A stretch of 64,000 nucleotides of DNA from NCBI RefSeq assembly GCF_021869535.1, contig NW_026262690.1, positions 77,190,001 to 77,254,000 on the forward strand. The letters run 5' to 3'. Of this stretch, positions 26,401 to 38,598 are shown piece by piece; position 1 is the stretch's first letter, and every line of letters starts with the position of its first letter. The translations under genes were made by a program, and so were the position numbers. The stretch comes from Mytilus californianus (lineage: Eukaryota). The notes beneath the pieces were generated by a model. It worked only from the letters and a program-made list of their open reading frames with translations, was not told the origin of the DNA and did no database searches.

Positions 26401-29400
26401 ATAATATCAGAAAATTCAAGTGTTGCATTTGATATTTTCTTTTGAAAGATGTCCGACAAGACAGCATTTTAACTTCTATATTTTGAATACTTTTGAAATC
26501 ATCAAACTGAAAAATGAAACTTTATCTTTGCCAAAATTATTCAAATCTTTTTTTGAAGAAAAAGAAATCTTTTGAATCTAATGCAGTAAAAAAATAACAA
26601 TTTCTTGTGCTTTACTTACCTTAGAATTTAATGATGTTGATGCACTTTTCAATAAAGATTCTCTATCAGATAATTTTACTGGTGTAGCAATACCCTGCAG
26701 TATCTTTATAGCTTTGTCTGATGCTTTTTGGAATGCCTCAGATATACTTGTTGGATGGATTCCTGAAGGTAACAGAATAAAGAAAAGTCATTATTTTACA
26801 AATTATTTAATGCTATTTATCTTTTAGCAAATTTTTATAGTAGAAAACTGAGGAAGCATTCTTTCATAAAACATACGAGTTACTGACTTGGACCTGCCTT
26901 GTAAATGGCAGATTTGGATAAGAAATTTCTATGGCTTTAATACCCCTACATAAAGTTGGAAATGCCACTACAATTAACTTATTCTTATCTTTATTTGCTG
27001 ATAGCTAGTATAAACATTACCCAATTTTTTCCACATTGACGTACCCTTAAATACCAAATCTAGCTCTCAAGTATCAAAACTATAAAAGATTTTGGCAATG
27101 CAGAGGCCAAAGAAAAATGTATGCCAGGGATTGAAGTTAAAATTTTGGCATGGTAGCCCACAGCTTAATTTTGGTAGCCAATATATATAGTTCTACACAA
27201 GAAAAGCAGAAATTTTAATAGCCCACACCAAATTTTAGGGGCCATTGACGAGTGGGCCCCTGCTAATTTCAAACCCTGTATGCATGTACATGATTACCTA
27301 ATCTACCCTATATTTAGTCGCCAACCCTGAACCATTTTTTTCAGTACTGGTAAAAGTTGTCTTTACTGTTAGACATAAAATCCCCATATGCAAAAGTGCT
27401 ATTTTTTGCAGGAGGTTTTAAAATTGGGTACTTTTTGATCATAATATATATATATATATATATATTTTTTTTTTGCCAAATGATAAATACATTTCATTAA
27501 AATATTTGAATGACTATATTTTCAGTTTCTGCTGATTCTTTAAAACACAACTCAAAAGTCAATTTAAGCAACAATAATGAATAGTCATGATAGTAAATAC
27601 CAATGGAAATAAACTGACCTTTTGCCAAGAGATTGTGACAAGCATCTAACAAACTACCAGCAATCACACACACCGATGTGGTACCATCACCAGCTTCTAC
27701 ATCCTGTGCTTTTGAAAGTTCTACCAACTGAAATATTCATAAACTCTCTAATGAGAAAAGCTAAATAATATTTAGAAGATACATGAACAACTATTGTCAG
27801 CATAACATTGTTGTTTTGTAGTTTGGGATTTTTCATCAAAAAATTTCTGGGATCTAAGCATCACCTAGTTAGTGTACGATACGTAAAAATTGTCTAAAAT
27901 CTGATGTGTTAAGTCCAATAATTCTGAAATGTCCCCAAAGCAAATCAAAAGGGAGCTTACTTTCATTGATTCAAATAATCATGAAAATCTATCATAGAAT
28001 TTTCTAGTTTTTATATGAAGGGTGGACAGATGGGAATCGATATACCATAATACCTCCCTATACCCATTCGGGCATTTCAAAAACAAAATGTTATTTCAGG
28101 AAGGAGTCTCATTTTTCAATTATTCAATTATTTTGCCACACCAAAAAATTAAGTCAGAATTCAAAAGTGTTATTAATATACCATTTTTGCAGCAGGATGA
28201 AGAACTTGCATCTGTTTCAGGATTGTGGCTCCATCATTAGTAATAGTTACATCTCCATTGGAAGATTGTATCTAAAAAGAGAAAATCAATTTATTCAACA
28301 CTGCAGTACACTTTTTCAAGTCTTGAAAAGTTTCCTAAAATAGTTTGTACTCTTATTTAAGGAATGACAGTAATATTTTTTCTGTCTATGAAGAAATAAC
28401 ATAAAAAATGTGGTGCACACTGAATAACCTGCATAGCGGGTTATTTAAAAGTGTGCACAACATTTTTGAGGTTATTTCCAATAGACAGCAAAAATATTAG
28501 TCATTCCTTATAATTTAATTCTAAATTCCATTTTTAGAGAGTAAATCATGGAAAAATGTTGTTGACATCACGGTCACACGACAAAATTATGTCTGAACTG
28601 ATAGACAAAAACTTTCAGCCAATCAGAAGACGTGTTAATTACAAAATGTACATATTGTTTTTTTTTTCCTTTCCTTAAAGTTAGTGGGATAATTATATAA
28701 ACAATATATAATGCCAAAATAATAAACTTTAATCAGATTTCACAAAACATATTGTTATCTATTTTCAATAAACTGTTCTAATTAGGTTACTTTTTATTCT
28801 GAAAACCACCAGCTGCAGACATACCTGTCAGAAAAATTTGAAAGTTTTAATTACAAGTAAAATTGTGCAAGGCCATAAAATTAAAAAAGAATATATTTGT
28901 TTGCCCTAACCCTACCTACCCAGAAAATAGCTGCCTACTCAAAATCTTTTATTGTCCTGATGTGAAAAAGTTTTTTTTTTAATCACATAGCTATGAAGAC
29001 TAAAAAACATTTGACACTTCAATTTCTCTTTGCCGTAAAAAAAAAAGAGAAAATGCCTACCTACCTACCGACTGTGTCTACCTTTGAATAGTGTTTGGGC
29101 ACACCAAAATATTTTTTAAGTGTGGCCTAAAATCTTTCAATAGACTCAAACAGCCATTCAAAGCAGGAGATATACATTAAATAAAATACCTTAGAAAATT
29201 AAGCTAAAACAAATTGGGATCAAACATTAACTTACTACGTGTCTTTAAAATTTCAACCTCAAAAAATAATCAAACAAAATAAATTACATGTGGCATAAAT
29301 AATAATAAACTCACCATTTTGTCCATCCCTCTTGGTCCAAGACTTGTTCTTATAGCATCAGCTACAGCTAAAATTAAAATATTAGAATACAGTTTAAAAC

Positions 29401-32400
29401 AGATTATCTGGCAATCTGGACCATGTGTTGTTCGTCTTTGAATTTTTTCTGAGGCGACAAGTGTTCATGATTTGTGTGTTCTGTTGTCACTGTCTATTAT
29501 TTTTCAGTGCTTCCGGTTATCCTTTTTAAGAATTAAATTATTTACGTAATGCATCAATACAAGAGTAAACCCAACTGAAGAACCTTAAGCAAGAAGTGGC
29601 ACCTCGAAAAACATGTTTTGTTTTGAAAGGTCAGCATGGTCAGAGGCATGTAATTATGGCATGGCATTAATCAGGTCGTGTCCTAAAATCCCTTATATAC
29701 ATTTTGTTCTAATTTAAAGACGCAGGACTTAATTACTACTGACCTCAGTTTTTATCGATTTAGAAGAAGTTCAACTTCACGAATCAAAATTTATTATTTT
29801 CTACTGCACATGCTGCAAAACAATAATTTTTGGTTCAGGCATTTCTAGTGCCTTTTGTCGGTGCTAGGACCTCATTTGCCACATGGGCTTTACCCCAATG
29901 AGCTGGTCGGTACTTCAGGTAAAGCCAGATGCTTCATTTGCTAAAAAATCAGCTGCCCTCTCTGGTCACAACAGACGTCACGGTAAAAAAATGTATGGCG
30001 GAAAGCAGAGTCTGGTTAAATGTTAAATTGAAAGATGCAGATTGCAACATTCTCAATCCAACTTTATTGCAACGTGATCCTGCAATAGTCCACTATGATG
30101 ATACACCATTCCTTATTTCCAAATTTATCTCACAGAAAAAGATTTTCAGGACGAAATAAGGTTTTGGAAAGATTGTTCATTCATTTATATTGGCAGGTCC
30201 ATTTTTTGACATATTTGATAGCTCGAGAAGTTGATAGTATAAATGTGTACTTCAGTCATCATCTTTGATTCAATCAGTTCAACTTGTTGTAATATAAGCC
30301 GCTTTTAACCCTGTCACTTGATAAGGTTTACCAGGCATACAGTACGGGTAGAGACTTATTACTATAAATAACGGACTGGGACATGTCGGAAATGAATAAT
30401 CCGACTTTTTTATGGTAGGTAGTATGGTCATTAATCAACAGATCCAGGTGTGAACGGTAATATAATTGTCCTTTCATCTCAATCCGTGGTACTAGATTAT
30501 TACGCTTCACTGATTTCAGAATCAGGTTACCTGTGATTTAAACCTCTCAGTCACTTTATTGATTAGTTCTAAATCGTATTTGACATAAAATATTTTTACA
30601 GGTGAAGTACTGGAGACAACTTTGTTTTAACAAAAATAGCCTATTTTTTTATTTATGGCTTTTTATATTTCAAATGCTGTTTATATTCCTCAAAATATAT
30701 TTTTTTATGTTCCCTGGTTTTTTTTGTTATGTATCTTTTTCGTATTTGTTGGCATACAGTTTTTAAAATATTTTCTTTTTTATTTCTGAAAGGTTATTTT
30801 TGTTTTACTGATTTATTTTCCACGTAAACCCATTGATTAGCAGAATGATGTGCAAAGTGCTGCTGCATATGTTTTAGTTTGACAACACTACATTTGTATT
30901 TGATTTTTAGTCTGCGTTGGGTCAGTTCTGAAATAAAAATAATTACAGTGAGCAATACTTGTATACTAGTAGTTTGGTGATTCTTTATAATTGTGAATTT
31001 ACTTTTTACTGTAAACAAATATTGTCCGAAAGTTGGTGATATATAACTAAAGTAGTACGCAAATAATAACACTAGAAGAAGATAACGATTCTTCTTGGGA
31101 ATATTAGGTTTATGTTGATATTTCTGTGTTTGTTAAATATGCATGAAATAATTGCCACTGACATGAATGGACATTAAAACTAGAAGCATTCAATCGTTTG
31201 ATGACCAGTTAATTAAATATTTACTATGATTTGTAGTCTATTAACACTTTCACTCCTGATTTATTATTTTTCGCGGAATTTTTAAGCCGAAATAAATTAT
31301 CACGAGACGATTGCCTGACCGGAATTAATTTGACAGGTGCCGCGCAAAAATGACTATCGTATGTCTGATCGCTCATATCTCTGGAATGGATGGGAATTTA
31401 GTCTCAAAAATTAACATTCGTAGTCTTTATAATGACCTATTGAATCTTGAAACACCGTCGTTCTATAGGTAATGTTATATTTGTACACCGAAATGGTGTT
31501 ATCTATCTCTCAACGTAAGTTTTGTCAGTGAAAATTGTCCATTCGATTTCGTTTGCGTTTGGGCAATAATTTCTCTATTTTAACCCATGGATGTTTACTA
31601 GAATGAGCCTACGTACCGTCTGAAAAGATTCGTCACAAAGTAAATTTTGTTCGAGTTGTTTTTTCAAAAATGTGATTGAAAATCGTCCGACGGTCACGAA
31701 GGTGAATGACCGCCATTTTGTACACAAGGCTGATTGAAGGGAGACAACACCATCTGTTATTTTGAATTCCCATTTGCAACGCTGGAGTTGTCTTTCTTTT
31801 ACCCTTATATAAGCATACTAACATTCAGCTTGAGTCATAAAAAATAATTTTCTAACATTTTAGACTCCTTAAAAAGTGTTTAATATCAACATTAAACAAA
31901 GACTTACACAATTTTCAGTCTGGTTTTCAATTACATCTGAGACCTTGTCTGCCTGAGTAAAAAGCTACTGTCCTTCACAAAAGTTCATTTATAAAAAAAT
32001 GTCAATGTATTTAATGTTTTTTTCCATCCATTTTCTAAAAAAGTTTAACAATAAAACTGTCAACTATTGTCATAAATTCAGAACAAACTTCAAAAAACGG
32101 AACAACAAATATACTGCTCTCAATTATAGCAGTTCCTCTCTGTGTGGTATTTTGAGAAACACTCAGGCAGACACAGGTGTTTAACACATTTCAAACATCC
32201 AAACTTAGTCTGCTTGATAGGAACCTGGCGATTATTTCGGTTTCTCATGTAACAGAGATGGCACTTAGATTTTTTATCAAAGGAGGCCGGCATGTGACGT
32301 TGAACAAGACGGTTCTCAACAGGCATAAGTGATGGTCTTCCTCTACGGGTCTCAGAAATATAACCATTAACCAACCCCTTGGCTACAGAAATGGAAAAGT

Positions 32401-35400
32401 CCAGGAATGTCAGATTTGTTTGGTGGTTGGGACTCATGAGAAACAGTTTGAAGGCATTAAATTTAGCCATTTCCATGAGCACAAAGAAAACTCTTTTGCT
32501 CCACTTGTAGGTTTTATGGTTGTAGCAATAGTATTGAATGTATTGATCAGCATGATCAACACCACCCATGTTACATGTGTAATCAGCTACTGCCTTAGGA
32601 CATTCAAAATTTTGTCTAGTGAAAGTTCCATCATTATTGACGAGCCTTTTTACTTGTGAAGTTGAATGGTCATGGATTGTTGAAACAGTGTACACATTTT
32701 TTTTGTCACGCCAAACGGAAGCAACTAAAAATCCCTTCTGCCTGAATTTCATGTCTCCACGGAGGTTGATACCAGAAGGTTTTTTACACATTATGTCCTT
32801 AGGTAACCCTCTACGATTGTATCTTACTGTACCACAGGCATAGGTACCAAAGTTTTCAAACAGATTAGCAAACAACTCAGGACTGGTGAAAAAATTATCT
32901 GTATAAAGATGGTACCCTTTACCAACTAAATTTGAATTTTCCAGGCATCTCTTTACAACACTGCTACCAAGGTGTGTCTGGGGGATTGCATTTCGTCCTG
33001 GATAAATGTCCACATACTGGATATAACTTTGTTGTGAATCTGCTAAAACCCAAGCTTTCACACCCCATTTGTGTGGTTTCTGTGGCATGTATTGCTTAAA
33101 TTGTACCCTCCCTTTAAATGGTATCATGGTTTCATCCACAGTGATGTTTCTGTGTGGGGTGTATTCCTGTTGAAAGGTGGTATTAAAATGTGTAAGTAGT
33201 GGTTTTATTTTGTATAGCGGGTCATAATTTTCATTGCCAGGCAGAGGTTGTTGTGTAGAGTCGGAGAAATGAAGATATCTCATTAACTGAGTAAAGCGAT
33301 CCCGGCTCATGGTTTTGGAATATATTGGTGATTGCAAAAAGTTGTCTGTGGACCAATACATCCTTGTTGAAGGTTTGCGGTCTACACCCATCTCGAAACA
33401 TAGGCCAAAAAAGGCATTCATCTCAGGTATATTTGGTCTCACCCATGGCATCTTGTTTTCATTGGGATGGTTTTCTTTTTGTAATTTTGCATATGTGTCT
33501 GTTTGCTCTATCAGCATCTCTAGCAGGACATGATTAAAGAAAAGCTTGAAGAAATCAAGAGGGCTTTTATCTTGAGGCATGATTCTTGTAGGGCCAGTTC
33601 TCCCAGTAGGTGTAAAAAGATGTGGCAACCCCCGCTCATAATATGAAAAATCCTCATGCCAGCCATCAATATTTCCTGCATCACCAGCAGGTCCAGGTAT
33701 ATCATTATCAGATCCTTCTGAACTTTCATTACCATCCGTGTCATCACCTATACCCTGAAATTGCAATTGTTGTTCATATCTTGCTTCAGCTTCGTCGACC
33801 TCTGCCCGGGTGAAGCCTTCAAAATCATCGGATTCATCAGACGACATTTTTTTATGGGTGATATTTTACGAAGAGACGAGACTTACTTCCATCACTATTT
33901 TTAGTAAAATTATCCCACAAAGATGACTAAAATTTCGCTAAATAAACACATTTATTTAATAAGCATCTAAGAAAATAGTTTTAATATTTTTATAAATTGA
34001 ATCAAGCGAAAAAATGAACTTATTCCGGATGGTATAAGTTATGTCGCCGTGATTCCGCCATGTTGTTTTCATATTTTCCATAACAACATCAATTTCCGGC
34101 TTTCTATTTTTAGCTTGTTGGTTTTATTACTCTTAAAATAATAACACGGGATGACGACACTAACAAAAAAAATTGAAAATTATCTTGAAAATCACAGGAA
34201 TTTAATGACATACAACACGATACCAGAAACTTAATTTTTAGTTGATTTTGAGGCGATCAAAAAAGTGATAGAAAATCGAGGAATACGAGCACCTGCCAGA
34301 CACCACGAGGCTTGATTTCGAATCTAAAACACCATACAAACGATTGAAAATTGATAGACTAACCTAAAATATGTTGTAAAGTTCTAAAGGAAATTATTTT
34401 TTGCTGTTTTTTTATGCTTTCTTTGTCAAATTTACGAGAATGTTGTTGGGATTATTCTCGTCCGCCATGTTTGTTGTAGTCGTAAACTTTTTTCAGATAC
34501 GCTTCGAAATTTGACACTTATTGCCAACATTTTTGGTAGTTTTATTCTTTTATTTCTTAAATTGAAATATGTTTTAAAAATAGTTTTAACCATTCTACGT
34601 TCTCAGTTGTAAAAACATGCAAATTGCACTCTTGATTGCGATAGTCTAAAAATAGAAATTTAGGTATCCTTAAGGATAATTTCGGCATCTACACCGATGT
34701 GCCAAAAGGATCATTTCGGCATGCGCACGAGGGTGCCAAAAGGATAACTTCGGTATGAAAGGGTTAAAAGAAATGCAATTACTCCCATTTAAATAATTTT
34801 ATGGTGCTGCATTGACTCTTAATTGCATAATATTAATTTACGCACAATGCATGTTAACTTGTATTTTTGACACCAATCTACAAGGCCGTAACTAGGCATA
34901 TTATTTTAGTGAGGCAGAACTGATCACTGAGTTGAGCAAGGTGAAAAAAATTGAGCCGAGCGAAGCGATGCGAACAATTTTGGCAGGGGGTCTGGGATAG
35001 ATGGTGTAAAATCCTGCATTCTGGGCATTTACAGAGAGTTTGACATCGTTTTTATTTTTGGTAACTTTTTATATATTTTTCATATTTTAAGACATGTACT
35101 AACACCAAATTTTTAACAACTTTATCTAAATTCATATGTCAGATAAACATCCAAATATCAATTCGAGTCTGCTGCCAGAACAAAGAACAAACATCGACTC
35201 AGTAGCAATTGTTATTCAAATTGGAAGTTGCCAATTTTTCTATTGCCGGTTTCGTCAAATCGTTTCAGAATATTTGGTCTGCTGACATCCTTATTGTGAT
35301 GAACATGGAGCATGGCAAGACTGCACAGTCTCTCGTCACTCATGCATGCTCTTTCCCAAGTTTTCAGTCGTCTCAGGGCAGAAAAAGAACGTTCACAGCA

Positions 35401-38400
35401 AACACTCGTCGATATTTTAGATCGAGAATCGAATAATGAGGGGGTAGGCCCGGGGGCCCGATCCCGAAATCCCGAATTAAAAGACACGAAATTCTGTAGT
35501 CCCGAATTAGAAAACACGAAATCACGTTTTAAAGGTCCTACCGTCCCTCAATAATGTCAAAATTGGATTACGGGATGTTCTTAAAAATTTTAAGGTAAAA
35601 GAAACATGGATAAAAACTAATCCATGCAGTTTTCATATTATTTATATTTTGTTTATCTGTAAAGAGAACAAATAAAGTTGGGGAAAACGGGGAAATGAAT
35701 ACGCAGACAGGACTGCTCCCGTGCGGGTGCTCCAGTACTTGATTTGTCAGTCTATTTATAGTTTTTGGATTACTTCCAATGAAAATATATTCAATACTCG
35801 CACTCTTAACACCTGTTGTGATCACAAACAACAGCAGTTAGTTTACTAGAACTATTCCTTCCTCACCTTCAGTATCGCTTTTCCTTTTTCTGCAAGAGCC
35901 TGTTTTTAACCAGAGATCCATGATGATTACCGTTACTAGGTTAATGTAATCGAGAAACCCGGTGAGATGCTGAGTTATGTCCGGGAAGAACAATTTAACA
36001 GGAACGATGTGACTCAAGTTATAGAAGAAATTAAGGTTGAGACAGAAAAACAAATGACTATATTTCGTATTTAATTACCACAAAAAAAAGTGACACCAAA
36101 TTTGTGTCGAAATTTTAGTGAGGCAATTGCCTCACTTGCCTCAATGGTAGTTACGGCCTTGAACTAAAATAAATATTTGCCGTGAAAAGACAATTCCATG
36201 ATGCACATATCAGTGATCAACAGCATGTGGTTGAACTTTGAACTTGACTTCACTCACAATAAAATGTTGAATGCTAAAAATAGCTGGGATTAATTTTGTC
36301 AAATGCACGTGATTTTCATATGGCGGGAAATATCGTAACAATTAACACAGGTGACCTTACTGACCGACCGTGGGAAAATACATTCATGATTTAATTTGAT
36401 ACGTAATGATTGGCAGTATTGTGCGTTAGTTTTGAGGCTCTTGATCGAGATCCATTAATAATTGATTTACCAGAATAGAAAATTTAATCCTTGTACATAT
36501 AAACAAAACAAGCTTTAGTCTTCTTTAACTATTTTATTTATTATATTTATCAGTCAACACCCAGATTCCTATTTAAATAATTTATTCGGACACCTCCTTT
36601 AAAGTTCGGGAATTATACATTAAACTGCCGACAACGATTTACAAAATCTTACTGACTGCACGAGCTTTAGAATGGCTAGAAATACGACGCAAAAGTAAAC
36701 ACAGCTGATCATGAATAGTGTAAAACTTTGATCTTCGTGTATTGATTGACACAATTCGTAAAATATGTTTATAAAAAACACGATTTTCATTAAAATTTCA
36801 AACATGGAAATAGAAAGGCAATATCTTTGTTATAATACGACGAGTGTCAACAAATCTGTTATTTCCTTTATATGTAAATTTATTAACAAACAAAATAAAA
36901 TTAAAATAATGCTGGGTCATAGAATATTGACGTGCATATGAAAAGTTTTTTTTATATAAAAACTAGGAATCAAAAGATGATCACGGCGTTATAAATATTG
37001 TAAAAAAAAAACAATTGTTTCAAAGAGATTAACGGGAAATATATGTCAAAATAGAAAGCACGGATGATCTGGCTGACCAAATTGTTTTACTTGCGAGAAA
37101 TGATCGACAGGTATGAATAAATAGACGTAGAGGCTCCGACGGGGAACGTGTTATCGAAAGGAAAATAACAGTTTATTCACAATGCCTATATTCAATTTGT
37201 TTATATACTTTATAAATACTATTTGTTGGCCTTATACTTAAAATTGTGTTTCTATTAATAACATAAAGGAACAGGACGTTAAAAGGGGGACATATTGTAA
37301 CCATCAACAAAAACTCGTATAATTTACGGGATTGATGTCTCAACATTTTGATTAAAACTTCGATTGAAAACAGTCCTGGTTGTTATAATTTTGAATAAAA
37401 TGAAATGTTTACGGTTTACAAATACAAATAGTTTATTGGCACAAACACAATTATTATAATTGGCAACACATTTTTACAGTCATTGTTAAAAATCGTCTTT
37501 CTTTCATTTTCAAGAAAAAAAAAGTTGATCCCATATTCATGATATTAAATTTTTATTTTTATTGTAATTTTTTCTTTGAATACAAAACAATATTTTACAT
37601 TTATCATCTATCCTCCATAAATACTAAAATATCTGTACAGGTAAAATTTAATTCTAATCAAGCTGGTACAGATTGATTTACGACCTTCCACTCGGATATT
37701 GTACAGGTTAATATCACAGCAGGTGTTAATTACACTAAGACAACTGTCCGACCAGTCTGACATCTAGACGGATTAAGACATCCATAATAATAAGTCTCTA
37801 CCCGTACTGTAGCTCAAACTTGAACAAATGAAGCAGACCCAGTGTGACAACTGACCTAATGACGTTTGCAAAACAGTTGTCTTTGGTCTATGTACGTAAA
37901 TTCCTCCACGAGAGCTGCGAGGGTACATGTACAGTGGAATCTGTGTGCACTTCCTATAAGGATTAATAGAGATGTGTCACGAACTTATATACAACCCACC
38001 ACCTGCAGTCAAAAATATTAGAATATTGGTTTTTGGACTAGAAGTCGGAAAAGGTTTTGGTGCAGACTGCACCTGGCACGGACAATCCCCAAGGGAGTGT
38101 TAGGACACCAGGAAGTCTGTTAATATGGTGGAGGAAGATGTGTGAGAGAGGGTGAAAATCACACTTCTGATGTACTAAAATTTGCAAGGCCCAGTAAGGA
38201 TTGAACATGGGACCTTCAGTAATGTAGCCAGCATTCATAACCGCTGAGCCACACACCGACATCTCTCCTATTGAGACACTGAAGAATAATTTAAGGGGAA
38301 ACGTTTTTTCTCCTACAAATTGGTCACACTGCACTTTGACATCTCTACTTTTTCCTTGCACAAATTTGTCTGCAGATAAAGAGATTTTTCACATGCACAC

Positions 38401-38598
38401 CATAGTATTTAACGACATTTAGTAGGGTTTAATACACAAATCATCATTCTTGTGACATAAAGTGTATTCAAAGAATGTAACTAATGTAAACAAACCCTTT
38501 GCTGCCGTTATATTGCTGTAACGGATTTGAGTTGGCTTTTCTTTGTCTTTGTACAGAGATCTTGAGGCATTATTCGAAGGTCCTGATTTGCCCTTCAT
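20418..38598 (-). CDS. CCT4: T-complex protein 1 subunit delta, 532 aa, 14 coding exons
   Basis: Exons 38598-38496, 29367-29315, 28271-28182, 27727-27619, 26762-26620, 26001-25880, 25261-25126, 24679-24540, 23958-23862, 23618-23511, 22993-22863, 22268-22034, 21692-21579, 20435-20418 (1599 nt, phases consistent). Motifs [55 protein letters not shown]. Confidence 0.96.
27125..27278. mobile_element. 154-bp MITE (hAT-like CAGGG termini)
   Basis: TIR CAGGGATTGAA / TTCAAACCCTG; direct flanks TATGC at 27120-27124 and 27279-27283. Confidence 0.6.
28358..28640. repeat. MITE-like repeat with ~150-bp palindromic head
   Basis: AAGGAATGAC..AATATTTT ... AAAATATT.GTCATTCCTT inverted arms around TGTGGTGCACAC/GTGTGCACAACA. 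Confidence 0.5.
31245..34763 (-). mobile_element. Full-length piggyBac transposon (3519 bp)
   Basis: TTAA at 31241-31244 and 34764-34767. Imperfect TIRs CCCTTTCA / CACTTTCA. Three AAGGAT.A.TTCGG.AT subterminal repeats at 34671-34757. Contains an intact transposase ORF. Confidence 0.88.
32120..33847 (-). CDS. piggyBac (PGBD4-like) DDD transposase, 575 aa
   Basis: Uninterrupted ORF with catalytic motifs [18 protein letters not shown] and MGGVDHADQ, the KPHKWG motif, an acidic N-terminus and a C-terminal Cys-rich domain ([24 protein letters not shown]). Confidence 0.95.
   Translation of the reverse strand: MSSDESDDFEGFTRAEVDEAEARYEQQLQFQGIGDDTDGNESSEGSDNDIPGPAGDAGNIDGWHEDFSYYERGLPHLFTPTGRTGPTRIMPQDKSPLDFFKLFFNHVLLEMLIEQTDTYAKLQKENHPNENKMPWVRPNIPEMNAFFGLCFEMGVDRKPSTRMYWSTDNFLQSPIYSKTMSRDRFTQLMRYLHFSDSTQQPLPGNENYDPLYKIKPLLTHFNTTFQQEYTPHRNITVDETMIPFKGRVQFKQYMPQKPHKWGVKAWVLADSQQSYIQYVDIYPGRNAIPQTHLGSSVVKRCLENSNLVGKGYHLYTDNFFTSPELFANLFENFGTYACGTVRYNRRGLPKDIMCKKPSGINLRGDMKFRQKGFLVASVWRDKKNVYTVSTIHDHSTSQVKRLVNNDGTFTRQNFECPKAVADYTCNMGGVDHADQYIQYYCYNHKTYKWSKRVFFVLMEMAKFNAFKLFLMSPNHQTNLTFLDFSISVAKGLVNGYISETRRGRPSLMPVENRLVQRHMPASFDKKSKCHLCYMRNRNNRQVPIKQTKFGCLKCVKHLCLPECFSKYHTERNCYN
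35212..35437 (-). pseudogene. hAT C-terminal dimerisation-domain remnant
   Basis: [28 protein letters not shown] is the Dimer_Tnp_hAT signature. The ORF-track start lies inside an inserted MITE. Confidence 0.8.
35438..35549. mobile_element. 112-bp MITE inside the hAT derivative
   Basis: Imperfect TIR GAGGGGGTAGGCCC / GGTCCTACCGTCCCTC; 6-bp TSD AATAAT at 35432-35437 and 35550-35555. Confidence 0.7.
38188..38265 (-). repeat. tRNA-derived SINE head or tRNA pseudogene
   Basis: Pol III A-box TGGCTCAGCGG (38251-38241) and B-box GTTCAATCC (38206-38198), 34 nt apart. I could not form a convincing cloverleaf. Confidence 0.5.

Larger units (their letters stand above)
34881..36161 (-). mobile_element. 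Internally deleted hAT element
   Basis: Perfect 14-bp TIR CAAGGCCGTAACTA / TAGTTACGGCCTTG. Carries an N-terminal remnant ([15 protein letters not shown].., ATG at 35921) and a C-terminal dimerisation remnant. No clear TSD. Confidence 0.8.
30340..37809. mobile_element. TA-flanked Tc1/mariner(pogo)-type non-autonomous element, expanded by nested insertions, in CCT4 intron 1
   Basis: Perfect 22-bp TIR CAGTACGGGTAGAGACTTATTA (30340-30361 / 37788-37809; 25 of 26 with extension). TA at 30338-30339 and 37810-37811. Confidence 0.75.

Noticed and set aside
20436-29314. Intronic snoRNAs in CCT4 introns
   Set aside because: I could not find a convincing C/D box pair or H/ACA hairpin pair on the sense strand by eye; a covariance-model search is needed.
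29700-30339. Possible reverse-transcriptase remnant (HYDD-like motif in ORF 29929-30159)
   Set aside because: A single weak motif, stops in all frames and no other RT motifs.
32120-38496. CSB-PGBD3-style exon-trap fusion of CCT4 exon 1 to the piggyBac transposase
   Set aside because: An in-frame TAA lies 21 nt upstream of the transposase ATG with no AG acceptor between them. The best internal acceptor (TTTCAG|GGT, ~33755) is phase 0, whereas CCT4 exon 1 ends in phase 1.
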